A stretch of DNA of 32,000 bases, from contig NC_006138.1 in NCBI RefSeq assembly GCF_000025945.1, forward strand, positions 2,790,001-2,822,000. The letters are read 5' to 3'. This document shows positions 1-10,117 of this stretch, piece by piece. Each line of letters starts with the position of its first letter. The stretch's first letter is position 1. The stretch is from Desulfotalea psychrophila LSv54 (GTDB taxonomy: Bacteria > Desulfobacterota > Desulfobulbia > Desulfobulbales > Desulfocapsaceae). Below the pieces are notes generated by a model. It did no database searches, was not told the DNA's origin, and saw nothing but the letters and a program-made list of their open reading frames with translations. The position numbers were made by a program, and so were the translations under genes.

Positions 1-1350
1 ACCTCCGCTCCATTCCAAATTATCAAATGCGCTCCAGACAAAGTTGCCCTTTATGGGTACGCCCTCAGCGCTTGCTCTCTGTAGCTGTCCCATAGCGTTG
101 CGCAGGTACATGACGCGATCGGTATCGTAGATATTGCCGTCGGCAGATATCTCGTCGCTGGCAGCACAGCCATTTTCAGTTATGTAAATCGCCTTCGGCT
201 TCCAGATGGAGTGGGTCAGACGTGGAGCCCAATAAAGAACTTCAGGCGCGAAGGTATGCCAGGGCGAGGACATTTTTGGATGTGATACGCTCATAGGCAC
301 TTCTTTATAGCCAGATTCATCCTCAGAGGCCATAACGTACATTTTGGGGATGTAAACATTGATACCAACAAAATCTACCGGTGAGCCAATGGCTTGCAGA
401 TCTTCTTCTGTGAATTTCGGAGCGTCCTTACCTGCCTCTTGCAGGTAGGCATCACTGTATTTTCCGGTCAGCATGACGTCCAAAAAACGGGCATTGAGAC
501 GACGTGTAGCTAACTCCGCAGCTTTAACATGCTCTGGGCTGTCCATTATTGGTACCCCGCAAAACATTACCTCTGCAGGACCTACTTTAGTACCTTTTTT
601 TCCCATTGCCCGAATGGCCTGCACCGACAGACCATGGGCCAGCACGGTATGATGGGCAACCTGGTTCAAAGCTTGATTGTCGAGCTTAAGACCCGGAGCC
701 AGTTCAATATGCACTGGTTTACCTTGAACCACCATATCTACACCACGGTGGCCCATATCTACAATATTTTGAAATTCATTTAGAGTGAAGAAATTTTTCA
801 CCCTATCACTCAATTTTTCCGCCATATAACCCGCATATTGGGCGAAACATTCAGCTGTTTCGCGTGACTGCCATCCCCCTTTGTCCTGCAGTGCCTGTGG
901 CAGATCCCAGTGGTAGAGTGTGGCAAAGGGTTGAATGCCAGCATTAAGTAGCTCATCGACAAGACGATTATAAAAATCCAGCCCCTTCGGATTTGCCAGC
1001 CCCGTACCGCTCGGGAAGATGCGAGACCAGGCAATGGAGAACCTGTATCCGGTTGCCCCCATCTCCTTCATTATTTGTACATCTTCCTTATATCGCTGGT
1101 AGTGGTCAATAGCGACATCACCGGTATCATTATTTTTCATCTTTCCCGGTATGTGTGCATAGGTATCCCATATTGACATGCCCTTGCCATCCACTTTAGG
1201 GGAGCCCTCAATCTGATAAGACGCTGTAGCCAGTCCCCAGCAAAAACCGTCTGGAAATTTTGCCAAGTTGGACGCTGATGTAATGAGAGCACCATCATCT
1301 TGGGTCTTTACAGACAGAGTACCTCCAGGAAGAACGGAATTAATAGGCAT
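1..1350 (-). CDS. Glycoside hydrolase family 1 beta-glucosidase; the C-terminus runs off the window and the gene is absent from the supplied ORF track
   Basis: Manual minus-strand translation from the ATG at 1350-1348 gives 450 uninterrupted codons to position 1. The sequence reads MPINSVLPGG...FPDGFCWGLATASYQIEG...YRFSIAWSRIFP...TLYHWDLPQAL...FFTLNEF (GH1 acid/base Glu motif)...IYITENG (GH1 nucleophile motif)...NLEWSGG. An AAGGA motif lies just upstream of the ATG. Confidence 0.9.
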   Translation of the reverse strand, partial: MPINSVLPGGTLSVKTQDDGALITSASNLAKFPDGFCWGLATASYQIEGSPKVDGKGMSIWDTYAHIPGKMKNNDTGDVAIDHYQRYKEDVQIMKEMGATGYRFSIAWSRIFPSGTGLANPKGLDFYNRLVDELLNAGIQPFATLYHWDLPQALQDKGGWQSRETAECFAQYAGYMAEKLSDRVKNFFTLNEFQNIVDMGHRGVDMVVQGKPVHIELAPGLKLDNQALNQVAHHTVLAHGLSVQAIRAMGKKGTKVGPAEVMFCGVPIMDSPEHVKAAELATRRLNARFLDVMLTGKYSDAYLQEAGKDAPKFTEEDLQAIGSPVDFVGINVYIPKMYVMASEDESGYKEVPMSVSHPKMSSPWHTFAPEVLYWAPRLTHSIWKPKAIYITENGCAASDEISADGNIYDTDRVMYLRNAMGQLQRASAEGVPIKGNFVWSAFDNLEWSGG

Positions 1351-1503
1351 ACACTTTCCTTCTTTGAATTGAGTAGTTAGTAATTATTGCCCTTTTCTTA
1401 GGTCTGGTTCTGCAAGACACTGTTTGCAAAGTTATTATTGCATGTCAGGGGACAGAATGCCATTTTTCATAGTGCACAGCACCTCAACACCGGACGGTGA
1501 TCA

Positions 1504-3273
1504 TCAAGTCCTGCGGTATTTCTTTTTTAAGACGCCAACCATCCTTGCCGTCAATGAATTGGAAAGTCGGGCATTATACGAGGCATGATATTGAACCGGC
1601 AAGTCAGCAAGTGACAGATCAACGGGTAACTGAACAGAGGGGTCTTCTTGATTATCTTGAGGACGGCTGGGGTCCATGGACGGAAGATCCTTAAATGGTC
1701 CAACCTCTGTTATATTTTTAAAGTTGGGCAGGAGCGGATTCTGCACGATTTGTTGAGTTGCAATCGCATATTTTCGTGAAATTTCAGCAGGAGTCCCCTT
1801 TTTTACGGCAGGGTCAACATTAACAGCGTCAATTGAGATTGTATCGTCATCAGCAAAAAAGATCTCAAAGTTTCTAAACTGCTGAGGAAAATCACGAAGC
1901 GACGACGTCTCAACCTGCCAAAATCCTCTTTCCGGTTTGGTTACATCATCCGATGTAATTGCCTTGACAGTGTTAAAATGGCGATGACCGGCTATCCACA
2001 TCAAAAGATTAGGGGTGTCTCTCAGCAGATCAACAAGCTCAACAAGAGTACAGCCATTTTGTGCTTTTGTAGTGGGGTCACCCAATGGGTTATTTTTTGT
2101 TTTACCACCTGCCCACCATTCAAGTTCACTGCCAATTCCTGCAACACAGATTGGAATATGGGCAGCAATGACCATCAGCTGATCCTTCTCCTGCCCCTCT
2201 TGCAGCTCCTTTTTTAGCCACTTCCACCTCAGTGAATCGAGAAAACCATGGCCATGAATATCACGGGAGCCGTCATCTTCTCTTTGGGTGTCATCCAATA
2301 CAATTATTTTAACAGGTACCTCCAACTCGGGATCGGATTTGTATTCGGGCTGGAAGCTGTAACAGGCAAAACCCTTCGGTCTTTTTTCATGAGTGAGTCC
2401 GAAAGAGTCCTTAACCCGGTTAAAGCCGTGCCCTTCAGGTAGCGAAGAGGTGGTGAAAAACTCTTCTATCCACTCCTCTCTCTTGAGAGGACGCCGCTCG
2501 ACATCGGCCATAATTTTCGGTATTTTTGCCCCTTTTTCAATGGGGCCACCAGCGTAAATAATGTCTCCATTTTCTGTTGAGCCATCAATGACACCTCCCA
2601 AATACCTCTCTTTTCCATTTCCTTTCTGGAGCGTATTCGTATCAAAAAGAGCAGGGAAATTAGGTAAATAAGGATCAAGAAAGTCCGTGACAGTCCATAC
2701 CTTATTGTCAGTGAATGACTCTGCAAGACCAAGCTTTGAATAATCTTCAAATATGGGGAAGGAACCGATAAGGAAATGATCATGGTTACCTAATACTTGA
2801 TAAAAAGGAATATCCTTATTAAGGCCTGCTGCCTGGAAAGGTTTCTGATAGTCAACTCTCTCTTCTCCCAAATGAGCGCCTGAACTTGGTCTGATTTTCT
2901 CGCCATCGAGAATATCAATATACCACCTAAGTTCTTTATACATAGCCGTATTGCTGACATCGCCTAGCGAAATGCCAAAATCATAGCTTTTCTTTTCGTG
3001 AAGGGCATTAACTGTCTGAATAGCAGCATCGAAGACATGGGGGGTATACACCATCACCGGGGAATAGATGGATGTATTATTAGCAAGAAGAGTCCTCTTG
3101 CTGGTTGTGAATAAACTGGGTGGGCGCCTCCTTATCTGTAAGATGGATATCGGCCATGGTAAAAAAGTTGAGTAAGGAAGGTCTCTTCTCACATCTGGAG
3201 GCAGATAGCCCTCTGGCATAATATCAAGGCGGGGAACAACGGGGGAGGCCTGAACCGTAACTCCAACTCCCAT
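1504..3273 (-). CDS. Calcineurin-like metallophosphoesterase, catalytic body; probably the 3' part of a frameshifted Tat-exported enzyme
   Basis: 589-aa ORF carrying metallophosphoesterase motifs GISLGDVSN, LGNHDHF, AAHIP and AGHRHFN. It has no signal peptide of its own and overlaps the upstream Tat-signal ORF by 50 nt in another frame. Confidence 0.8.
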   Translation of the reverse strand: MGVGVTVQASPVVPRLDIMPEGYLPPDVRRDLPYSTFLPWPISILQIRRRPPSLFTTSKRTLLANNTSIYSPVMVYTPHVFDAAIQTVNALHEKKSYDFGISLGDVSNTAMYKELRWYIDILDGEKIRPSSGAHLGEERVDYQKPFQAAGLNKDIPFYQVLGNHDHFLIGSFPIFEDYSKLGLAESFTDNKVWTVTDFLDPYLPNFPALFDTNTLQKGNGKERYLGGVIDGSTENGDIIYAGGPIEKGAKIPKIMADVERRPLKREEWIEEFFTTSSLPEGHGFNRVKDSFGLTHEKRPKGFACYSFQPEYKSDPELEVPVKIIVLDDTQREDDGSRDIHGHGFLDSLRWKWLKKELQEGQEKDQLMVIAAHIPICVAGIGSELEWWAGGKTKNNPLGDPTTKAQNGCTLVELVDLLRDTPNLLMWIAGHRHFNTVKAITSDDVTKPERGFWQVETSSLRDFPQQFRNFEIFFADDDTISIDAVNVDPAVKKGTPAEISRKYAIATQQIVQNPLLPNFKNITEVGPFKDLPSMDPSRPQDNQEDPSVQLPVDLSLADLPVQYHASYNARLSNSLTARMVGVLKKKYRRT

Positions 3274-3679
3274 AGCCTAGACTTTGGTACTCTGAAACCT
3301 TATGCAGATCTTTCACTGCCAGCCCGTCGCTCTTGCCATCCGGAGCCATGGGGGGAGGCTCCATACCTTTAGGTGGAACCTCTGCCAGATTCATATTAAA
3401 GGCAATCATCCGCTCTTGCGTCGTTTGTACGACCGTATCTATCTCATAACGTGGCAGATCAAAATCCGACCAATGAGCGTTTTTGGAAGCGCAGCCAACT
3501 AAAGGCATTGGCAGGGCCACACCAGCCAACAGGACAGTGCTATACTGTATGAATTTTCGTCTTGTTATATCCATGTCCGACCGGACTTCACCGTCGAAGC
3601 TGAGAGCCTTATCCTCTTCTTCAAGAGAAACCATATTTTTTTTGCTCATAATATTTACTCGTGGGTTAGGGGAAGACAA
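3224..3679 (-). CDS. N-terminal Tat-signal (lipoprotein-like) segment, probably the 5' part of the metallophosphoesterase gene
   Basis: Contains TRRKFIQYSTVLLAGVALPMPLVGC, which is a twin-arginine motif, a hydrophobic stretch and a lipobox-like LVGC. It ends inside the next ORF. The two frames can be joined by removing one base from the G5 run at 3241-3245. Confidence 0.6.
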   Translation of the reverse strand: MSSPNPRVNIMSKKNMVSLEEEDKALSFDGEVRSDMDITRRKFIQYSTVLLAGVALPMPLVGCASKNAHWSDFDLPRYEIDTVVQTTQERMIAFNMNLAEVPPKGMEPPPMAPDGKSDGLAVKDLHKVSEYQSLGYGSWSYGSGLPRCSPP

Positions 3680-4796
3680 CTAATATTTAAGCCATTCATT
3701 GACGATAATTCGCCTGAACTCATTCAGGCTACTCCTAGAGCAGCGATAACAGGAGTGAAGAGGGAGCTTATTGATTTGCGATCTGTATGTAAAGGCATCT
3801 TTTATCTTCATCACTCCTTTATTCCTTGAGTAGATTTCAATATCACCGGTTCCAGCAATAGCAGACTTGGCTATTACAGTAACAGAGCCGTCGCTTTGAC
3901 TGATAATGGGTACATTAATGGCACCGATGCTTACCTTCCTAATATCATTTCAACTACCTAAGGTATTGCCCTTGATAGTTATTTTACAGCCCTCCTTACA
4001 GCATGCGCAATTAGGCGTAATAGTAAAAAGGGTTTGAGCGTTTTGCTTTCCCACCAAGGCTTTCATCTCCTGCATAGTGAACCATTAGGGACCCAGCAAG
4101 TAGGGCTGTGAACCTTTGCCGAGACAGTTTCTAGACCTCCTGAGAGGTAAGTTTCGAATCGTTTCTAAATTTTATTAGATGAGCCATCAGTTTAATTATA
4201 TTCATAAAAGTCTCGCTAATGCTCGCATTTTAAGAGAAGCATTTGAAGTCGAAAAACAGCCATCCTGATTGAGTGGGCTAGATTCAGGGCTGAATTGAAG
4301 CGATCAGCCGAGCCTATCAATAAAGACCACGGCACTCGACCTGCCAACAACCACGGATATGCCCTGAGACAGGGGTGTACCTTGACAATCCCTAACTATC
4401 GTCCTACACTGTTTTCTTGTTATGGTCAATAATTAAGAGCTCTTAGTGGTACACAAGAGAGGACTGTAGCATGCCCCATACAGGGGTATTGGCCTCATCC
4501 TCTGAGGAGTGCAAGAAGGTTGAAAAGAGTATCAGCCCTGGCAGAAGCAAAAAGCGAAACAGATCAATATCGCAGGCCATATCTCAGGGCGATTAGCATA
4601 CTAATAGCAGTGTATTATGGTCTACTTAGCCGAATAAAGCGGGTACCCCTGAGGGGCAGGAAAAAAGTACAGGGGCACTTGCCCGCTATGATCACAATAG
4701 ATGTCCAGCATTACCCATGGCGAGCCCTGGCGGAGACGACAGGAGTCTCACCGGCTTAGTGTCATAATTCAAACCGTTACATATTGGATTTCCAAT

Positions 4797-5400
4797 GATT
4801 CCCTAGACATTCGCAGTGCAAGAGTGATAGGCTCACATAAGTAGAGTAAGGACTTTATCTCTTTTCTCTTAAAAGGAGCTTCTGGGCCAAAAGCTCCACG
4901 TAAACGCGACCACAAGGCCTCGAATTCGTCACAATTCAAGAGTTAGATAAACCAGCGTGAACCCTTGCTCGCGAGCAGGGAATTGCTGATACGGCCGTTT
5001 CACGTTTGGCGTGAGCGTGATAGCGTAGAAGACAGATCTCATACTGCTCATAGGCTTCAGACAACATTGGAGTACGAGAGAATTGTAATTGAGCTTCGAA
5101 AAACACTCCTTCTCTCACTGGGTGATCTCTTGCTTGTTGTGCGACACTTTCTTCACCCCAAAGTTTCGCGTTCTGTACTACAGGCCAAAGAAAACCGACA
5201 GGAAACCACATTTTTGCTAAAGAACGCACCTTGACTCCAGTGACAATCTAAAAGATACCTTATGCAGGTAAAATATTGTTTACAATCAACATATCGGATA
5301 AAAAAACACTGGCTCATATCAATCCGATGGAGAAGTTGCAGGAGTACCATAAAACGACACCAACCACTGTCACAGAAATCAAACAAGCCGGGCACGCAGA
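4797..5400 (+). mobile_element. Internally deleted, stop-riddled IS481-family transposase relic (copy 1), reading toward the GT operon
   Basis: Translated fragments RPQGLEFV.IQELDKP, WRERDSVEDRSHTAHRLQTTLEYERIVIELRKTLLLSLGDLLLVVRHFLHPKVSRSVL, then LDSSDNLKDTL..YNIVYNQHI..K.TLAHINPMEKLQEYHK. They resemble the N-terminal HTH region (EDRSHTAHRLQTTL / RKTLLLPLDDLL type) and the extreme C-terminus of IS481-group transposases. The catalytic core is missing. The DNA aligns by eye with the inverted copy at 12640-13345. Boundaries are approximate. Confidence 0.6.
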
Positions 5401-5491
5401 ATATTAAAATCTTCTGACCCATCGTGTTGCCTGTCATTTTATATAATGAAGCCACCGCCGATCCCTCGGCATAAGAATTAAAAGGATTAAA

Positions 5492-7726
5492 ATGAAAAAA
5501 ATAACCATTGCATGCATCGGTAATTACCCGCCACGGGAATGCGGGATAGCAACTTTTACCAAGAATCTTATCGATGCGGTGGAAAAAACCGGCAAGGCCG
5601 AAGGCTACGTTGTGGCCATGAACGATCTGGGCCAAAGCTATGCTTACCCTAAAAAAGTAAAATGCGTTATCCGCCAGAACCATCAACGGGATTATTTAAA
5701 AGCGGTTAAATTTATCAATTACAGCGAGGCCGATGTTTGTGTAATAGAACATGAGTTTGGCATCTTCGGCGGAAACAGCGGCATTTATATTCTTCCCTTG
5801 ATCCATCGTTTGGAAATACCGCTGATTGTAACCCTGCATACAGTGCTTCAAAAGCCTTCCTATGATCAAAGGGCCATTATTCAAGGAATCGGGAAAAAAG
5901 CCGCAAAAATAGTGGTAATGAGCCGGCGAGCCGTTGATTTTTTAACCGATATCTACGATGTGCCGCGGGAAAAAGTAGTACAGATTGAACACGGGGTGCC
6001 TGATTTCGATTTTATCCAAGGGCAACAAAGTTACAAAAAGAAATTTAACCTGGAAAACAGAAAATCTTTATTAACCTTTGGTTTGTTAAGCCGAAATAAA
6101 GGCATTGAGACCGTCATTCAGGCCTTGCCGAAAGTCGTTAAAAAACATCCGGAAATCATCTATATTGTTTTAGGAAAAACGCATCCGGCGGTGTTACGCG
6201 CTTCCGACGAGGAATACAGAAATTATTTAAGACGCCTGGTGGAAAAAAACAACCTGAGAAAAAATGTTTATTTTTATAACAGTTTTGTCAGTCCCCAGGA
6301 GCTCTTTGAATATTTATCCGCCATCGATATTTATATTACCCCTTATCTAAATGAGGCCCAGATTACCAGCGGAACCCTGGCCTATGCGGTGGGGGCAGGT
6401 GCGGCCGTGATTTCAACCCCCTATTGGCATGCCCAGGAGCTTTTAGCAGATGGTCGGGGAAGACTTTTTGATTTTCACGATTCAGATGCACTGGCCGACA
6501 TCCTCATTGAGCTGCTGGACAACCCCCCGGCCTTGCTTGAATTGAGAGAAAAGGCTTACACCTACGGCCGCCAGACACTTTGGTCCGCCATGGGTGAAAA
6601 ATATCTTCAACTCATCTCCGATGCGGTGCAGTCCTATCCGGCAATTACCACCCAAGAACAGTCCATCGTCGATCCATTGGTGCTACCTGTTTTTAATTTA
6701 GCCCATGTCCTGCGGCTCACCGACGATACCGGAATTATCCAGCATGCAAAGTACAGTGTACCGAATCGGAAAGAGGGGTACTGCCTGGATGATGTTGCCC
6801 GAGGGCTTTTAATGGCGACCATGACCTATCGCCAGAAAAAAGACCAAGCTGCCCTGGATCTGCTGCCCATTTATCTGAGTTTTATTCATTATATGCAAAA
6901 TGAGGACGGCTCATTTCGTAATTTTTTAAGCTATAACCGGAACTTCATGGATGAGGTCGGATCGGAGGATTCTTTTGGACGAGCCATATGGGCGCTGGGA
7001 TATCTTATTCGTTTTTCTCCCCATGACGCCTTTTTGCAACTAGCCAAAGAACTATTCGCCAATGCGTATTCGCATTTTCAAAATTTACAAACTATTCGCG
7101 GCAATGCCGATACGATCATCGGAATCTGTCATTATCTTCATCGTTATTCCGATGATGAGGGGATGAACAAGACCCTTAAAGATATGACCTGTAAAATCGT
7201 CGCCCAATACGAAAACAAAGCAGATCCGGACTGGCAGTGGTTTGAGCCGGAATTAACCTATGACAACGGAATTATCCCCCTGGCCCTTTTGCATGCCCAT
7301 GAAATAAGAGGTGATGAAAAGCTTCTAGAAGTCGCCTTAGAGACAGCGGACTTTTTGGAAACAATTATGTTTAAAGACGGTTGCCTCTCGCCGGTAGGAA
7401 ACGACGGCTGGTATCAAAAAGGCGCATCATGTCCCCAATATGATCAGCAGCCCATCGATGCCATGGCCGCTGTAATGATGTTTTATCAAGCCTATGTCGT
7501 GACCGGAAACAAACGGTATATTGACCGGATGTTTGCTTCTTTTATGTGGTTTTTAGGGGAAAATGATCTGCGAATCCCATTATATGATTTTGAAACCAGC
7601 GGCTGTTGTGACGGCCTGGAAAGCCACGGTGTCAACCGGAACCAGGGGGCGGAAAGTGTGCTGGCGTATTTGCTTTCCCATCTGACCGTTCTTCAGGCCT
7701 ATGAGCAGGAAGACCAGGCGGAGTAA
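5492..7726 (+). CDS. Two-domain glycosyltransferase: N-terminal GT4 (group 1) domain of about 380 aa fused to an uncharacterised C-terminal domain of about 350 aa
   Basis: 744-aa ORF with an AAGGA Shine-Dalgarno motif before the ATG. GT4-like features include MKKITIACIGNYPPRECGIATF, IEHEFGIFGG and TPYLNEAQITSGTLAYAVGAGAAVISTPY. I cannot assign the Trp/Tyr-rich C-terminal half (from about aa 390) to a family by eye. Confidence 0.8.
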   Translation: MKKITIACIGNYPPRECGIATFTKNLIDAVEKTGKAEGYVVAMNDLGQSYAYPKKVKCVIRQNHQRDYLKAVKFINYSEADVCVIEHEFGIFGGNSGIYILPLIHRLEIPLIVTLHTVLQKPSYDQRAIIQGIGKKAAKIVVMSRRAVDFLTDIYDVPREKVVQIEHGVPDFDFIQGQQSYKKKFNLENRKSLLTFGLLSRNKGIETVIQALPKVVKKHPEIIYIVLGKTHPAVLRASDEEYRNYLRRLVEKNNLRKNVYFYNSFVSPQELFEYLSAIDIYITPYLNEAQITSGTLAYAVGAGAAVISTPYWHAQELLADGRGRLFDFHDSDALADILIELLDNPPALLELREKAYTYGRQTLWSAMGEKYLQLISDAVQSYPAITTQEQSIVDPLVLPVFNLAHVLRLTDDTGIIQHAKYSVPNRKEGYCLDDVARGLLMATMTYRQKKDQAALDLLPIYLSFIHYMQNEDGSFRNFLSYNRNFMDEVGSEDSFGRAIWALGYLIRFSPHDAFLQLAKELFANAYSHFQNLQTIRGNADTIIGICHYLHRYSDDEGMNKTLKDMTCKIVAQYENKADPDWQWFEPELTYDNGIIPLALLHAHEIRGDEKLLEVALETADFLETIMFKDGCLSPVGNDGWYQKGASCPQYDQQPIDAMAAVMMFYQAYVVTGNKRYIDRMFASFMWFLGENDLRIPLYDFETSGCCDGLESHGVNRNQGAESVLAYLLSHLTVLQAYEQEDQAE

Positions 7727-7766
7727 GAGATTTCGCCCTTAAATCAATAAAATAAGGAATTGGTAC

Positions 7767-8696
7767 ATGTCAATTATCCACAGATATGAAAAAAACCCAA
7801 TTTTAAGCAAAGACGATGTGCCCTATCCTGTGGCAACGGTTCATAATGCCGGGGTGACAAAGTTTAATGACAAATACATCATGATATTCCGCTCGCACTT
7901 AACCAGCGGTCGCAGTATTTTGGGGCTGGCTGTAAGCGATGATGGGTTCAGGTTCAAGGTAAGCGACAAACCCTTTATGACCCCGGCAAAAGAAGGGCTT
8001 TTCCAGATATATGAAGAATACGGCCTTGAGGATCCCCGCATCACCTGTATAGATGATGAATATCTGATCACGTACAGTGCGTATTCCAGATACGGCGTGC
8101 GCATCGCCCTGGCCAAAACAAGGGACTTTAAAACAATCCAAAGAGTTGCCTTAATTACCGAGGCGGATTATCGCAACCTCGTTATATTTCCTGAAAAAAT
8201 CGACGGCATGTATGTCCGTATGGACAGACCGCATTCAGAGATCAGCCCCTGGTCCATCTGGATCTCTTATTCTCCCGATCTGAAATACTGGGGAGACGCC
8301 AAGGTAATTATGAAACCGGCGGCCTATCACTGGGATGAGATGAAAATCGGACCTGGAGCGCCTCCCATTAAAACCGATCAAGGCTGGCTGAATATCTACC
8401 ACGGGGCCTTTCAGACCATGGCCGGCTGTGTCTACCGCCTGGGGGTTGCCCTGCACGACTTGGCCGATCCTTCTAAGATCAGGGGCGTCAGTGACGACTG
8501 GATTTTAGAGCCTGAAACAGAATACGAACGCATCGGGTATGTGCCCAATGTCGTTTTCACCTGCGGTGCGGTGCCTGAACCGGACGGTACGCTGAAAATT
8601 TACTGGGGAGCAGCCGATACCGTCATGTGCGCGGGTACGGCCAGCATAAAAGACCTGGTTAACCTTTGTTTACAACATCCAAGAGAGGCGGTGTAA
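7767..8696 (+). CDS. GH130-family glycoside phosphorylase/hydrolase (beta-mannoside phosphorylase-like)
   Basis: 309-aa ORF preceded by an AAGGAA Shine-Dalgarno motif. GH130/DUF377-type motifs are present: EKNPIL, GLEDPRIT, RNLVIFPEKIDGMY, GPGAPPIKTDQGWLNIYHG, YRLGVALHDLADP and GYVPNVVFTCGA. Confidence 0.8.
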   Translation: MSIIHRYEKNPILSKDDVPYPVATVHNAGVTKFNDKYIMIFRSHLTSGRSILGLAVSDDGFRFKVSDKPFMTPAKEGLFQIYEEYGLEDPRITCIDDEYLITYSAYSRYGVRIALAKTRDFKTIQRVALITEADYRNLVIFPEKIDGMYVRMDRPHSEISPWSIWISYSPDLKYWGDAKVIMKPAAYHWDEMKIGPGAPPIKTDQGWLNIYHGAFQTMAGCVYRLGVALHDLADPSKIRGVSDDWILEPETEYERIGYVPNVVFTCGAVPEPDGTLKIYWGAADTVMCAGTASIKDLVNLCLQHPREAV

Positions 8697-8697
8697 A

Positions 8698-9714
8698 ATG
8701 AAAATTGCAGTTTTAGCCCCGATTTGCTGGAGAACCCCACCGCGACACTACGGGCCATGGGAGCAGGTGGCATCCAATATCGCCGAAGGTCTGGTCAAGC
8801 GCGGGTGCGAGGTAACTCTTTTTGCAACGGGTGATTCCCTTACCCAGGGCAAACTTTCCTCTACCTGCCAGCGACCCTATGAAGAAGATAAGAGCCTTGA
8901 TCCAAAGGTATGGGAATGTTTACATATCGCCCACATGATGGAACGCGCCGATGAATTCGACATCATCCATAACAACTATGATTTTCTCCCCCTGAGCTAT
9001 TCAAGACTGATCAAAACACCGATGGTGACCACCATTCACGGTTTTTCTTCCCCCCAAATCATACCGGTTTTCAAACAGTACAATAAAAAGAATCATTATG
9101 TTTCCATCAGCAATGCCGACCGCAGCCCTGAACTAGAATATATCGCAACGGTGTATAACGGTATCGATATGGATAATTTCACATTGAAAGAATCGGTGGG
9201 TGAATATTTACTGTATTTTGGCCGGATTCATCCGGATAAAGGAACCCATGAAGCCATCCAGATTGCTAAAAAGAGCAAGATGAAGCTGATCATTTCCGGT
9301 TTTATCCAGGATCAGAACTATTATAAGGAAAAAGTAGAACCGTTTATAAATGGCGACGATATCGTTTATGTAGGCAACTCCGGCCCCGAAAAAAGAGATA
9401 CATTACTCGGCAATGCATATGCCTTACTGCATCCCATCAATTTCGCCGAACCCTTTGGTTTAAGTGTGGCCGAATCGATGCTGTGCGGGACACCGGTGAT
9501 CGCCTTCAATAAAGGCTCCATGCCGGAACTAATCGCTGACAAAAAGACCGGCTTTCTGGTCGACAATGTGGACGAAGCCGTTTGCACCTTAAAAGACATA
9601 AAGCACATTGACCGCAACTCCTGCCGGCGATGGGCTGAGAAAAAATTCAGTCAGGAAAAAATGATCGATAATTATATTGAGGTTTACCAAAAAATACTAG
9701 ATTCTGCCCCTTGA
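8698..9714 (+). CDS. GT4 (group 1) glycosyltransferase
   Basis: 338-aa ORF whose ATG starts 1 nt after the stop of the GH130 gene, indicating an operon. Typical GT4 C-terminal region: YLLYFGRIHPDKG ... PINFAEPFGLSVAESMLCGTPVIAF..GSMPELI. Confidence 0.85.
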   Translation: MKIAVLAPICWRTPPRHYGPWEQVASNIAEGLVKRGCEVTLFATGDSLTQGKLSSTCQRPYEEDKSLDPKVWECLHIAHMMERADEFDIIHNNYDFLPLSYSRLIKTPMVTTIHGFSSPQIIPVFKQYNKKNHYVSISNADRSPELEYIATVYNGIDMDNFTLKESVGEYLLYFGRIHPDKGTHEAIQIAKKSKMKLIISGFIQDQNYYKEKVEPFINGDDIVYVGNSGPEKRDTLLGNAYALLHPINFAEPFGLSVAESMLCGTPVIAFNKGSMPELIADKKTGFLVDNVDEAVCTLKDIKHIDRNSCRRWAEKKFSQEKMIDNYIEVYQKILDSAP

Positions 9715-9721
9715 TCGTTGT

Positions 9722-9772
9722 GGTGGTCCGTTGCGAAAGGCTACCATTTTGGGTAACAGTCAACGGACCACC
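9722..9772. terminator. Long stem-loop between convergent genes (perfect 12-bp stem), candidate bidirectional terminator
   Basis: GGTGGTCCGTTG (9722-9733) pairs perfectly with CAACGGACCACC (9761-9772). The element starts 8 nt after the GT4 stop. A near-identical hairpin occurs at 13812-13853. There is no clear U-tract. Confidence 0.5.
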
Positions 9773-9782
9773 GATAGCATCC

Positions 9783-10090
9783 TCAACCATTTAAGAATTT
9801 AGCCAAAATACCATCCACAGACGGGGCCGTAGCCCGAGGCAGAACCGAACATCCGCACGGTAGTGCGCACCCCTATGAATAATCGCTCCACAAGAATAGA
9901 CACATTGGGCACATCCCCTTCTCTTTCTTCCGCATTTGGCTCCAACAACAGCTCCCAGATCTGCCCGATGATTTTAGAGGGATCTTCCAGCTCCAGCAGT
10001 ATGGCCCCTAAACAATACCTTCTCATGGGCCCCACCCCATGGGTGAGCATCAGCCACCCTTGTGCGGTTTCAATAAGAGATCCACAATAG
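9783..10090 (-). pseudogene. Decayed 3' fragment (about the last 100 codons) of a GH130-domain gene, paralogous to 13865-15334
   Basis: The translation GWLMLTHGVGPMRRYCLGAILLELEDPSKIIGQIWELLLEPNAEEREGDVPNV matches GWLMLTHGVGPMRRYSLGAVLLDLEDPSQIIGQLREPLLMANAEEREGYVPNV of the intact gene. The frame is then lost, and the terminal ..AKFLNG* is recovered in another frame. Everything upstream of about 10090 is absent. Confidence 0.75.
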
Positions 10091-10117
10091 TATGAACTGC
10101 TTCATGCTGATACCCTG

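Noticed and set aside
529-1034. ORFs 529-783 (+) and 810-1034 (-) from the track.
   Set aside because: Both lie inside the uninterrupted GH1 beta-glucosidase frame (1-1350, minus), either on the opposite strand or in another frame. They have no recognisable motifs.
5153-5686. 177-aa minus-strand ORF spanning the IS relic end and the start of the GT gene.
   Set aside because: It overlaps the well-supported GT4 start region in antisense and runs through IS-derived sequence. It has no motif or RBS support.
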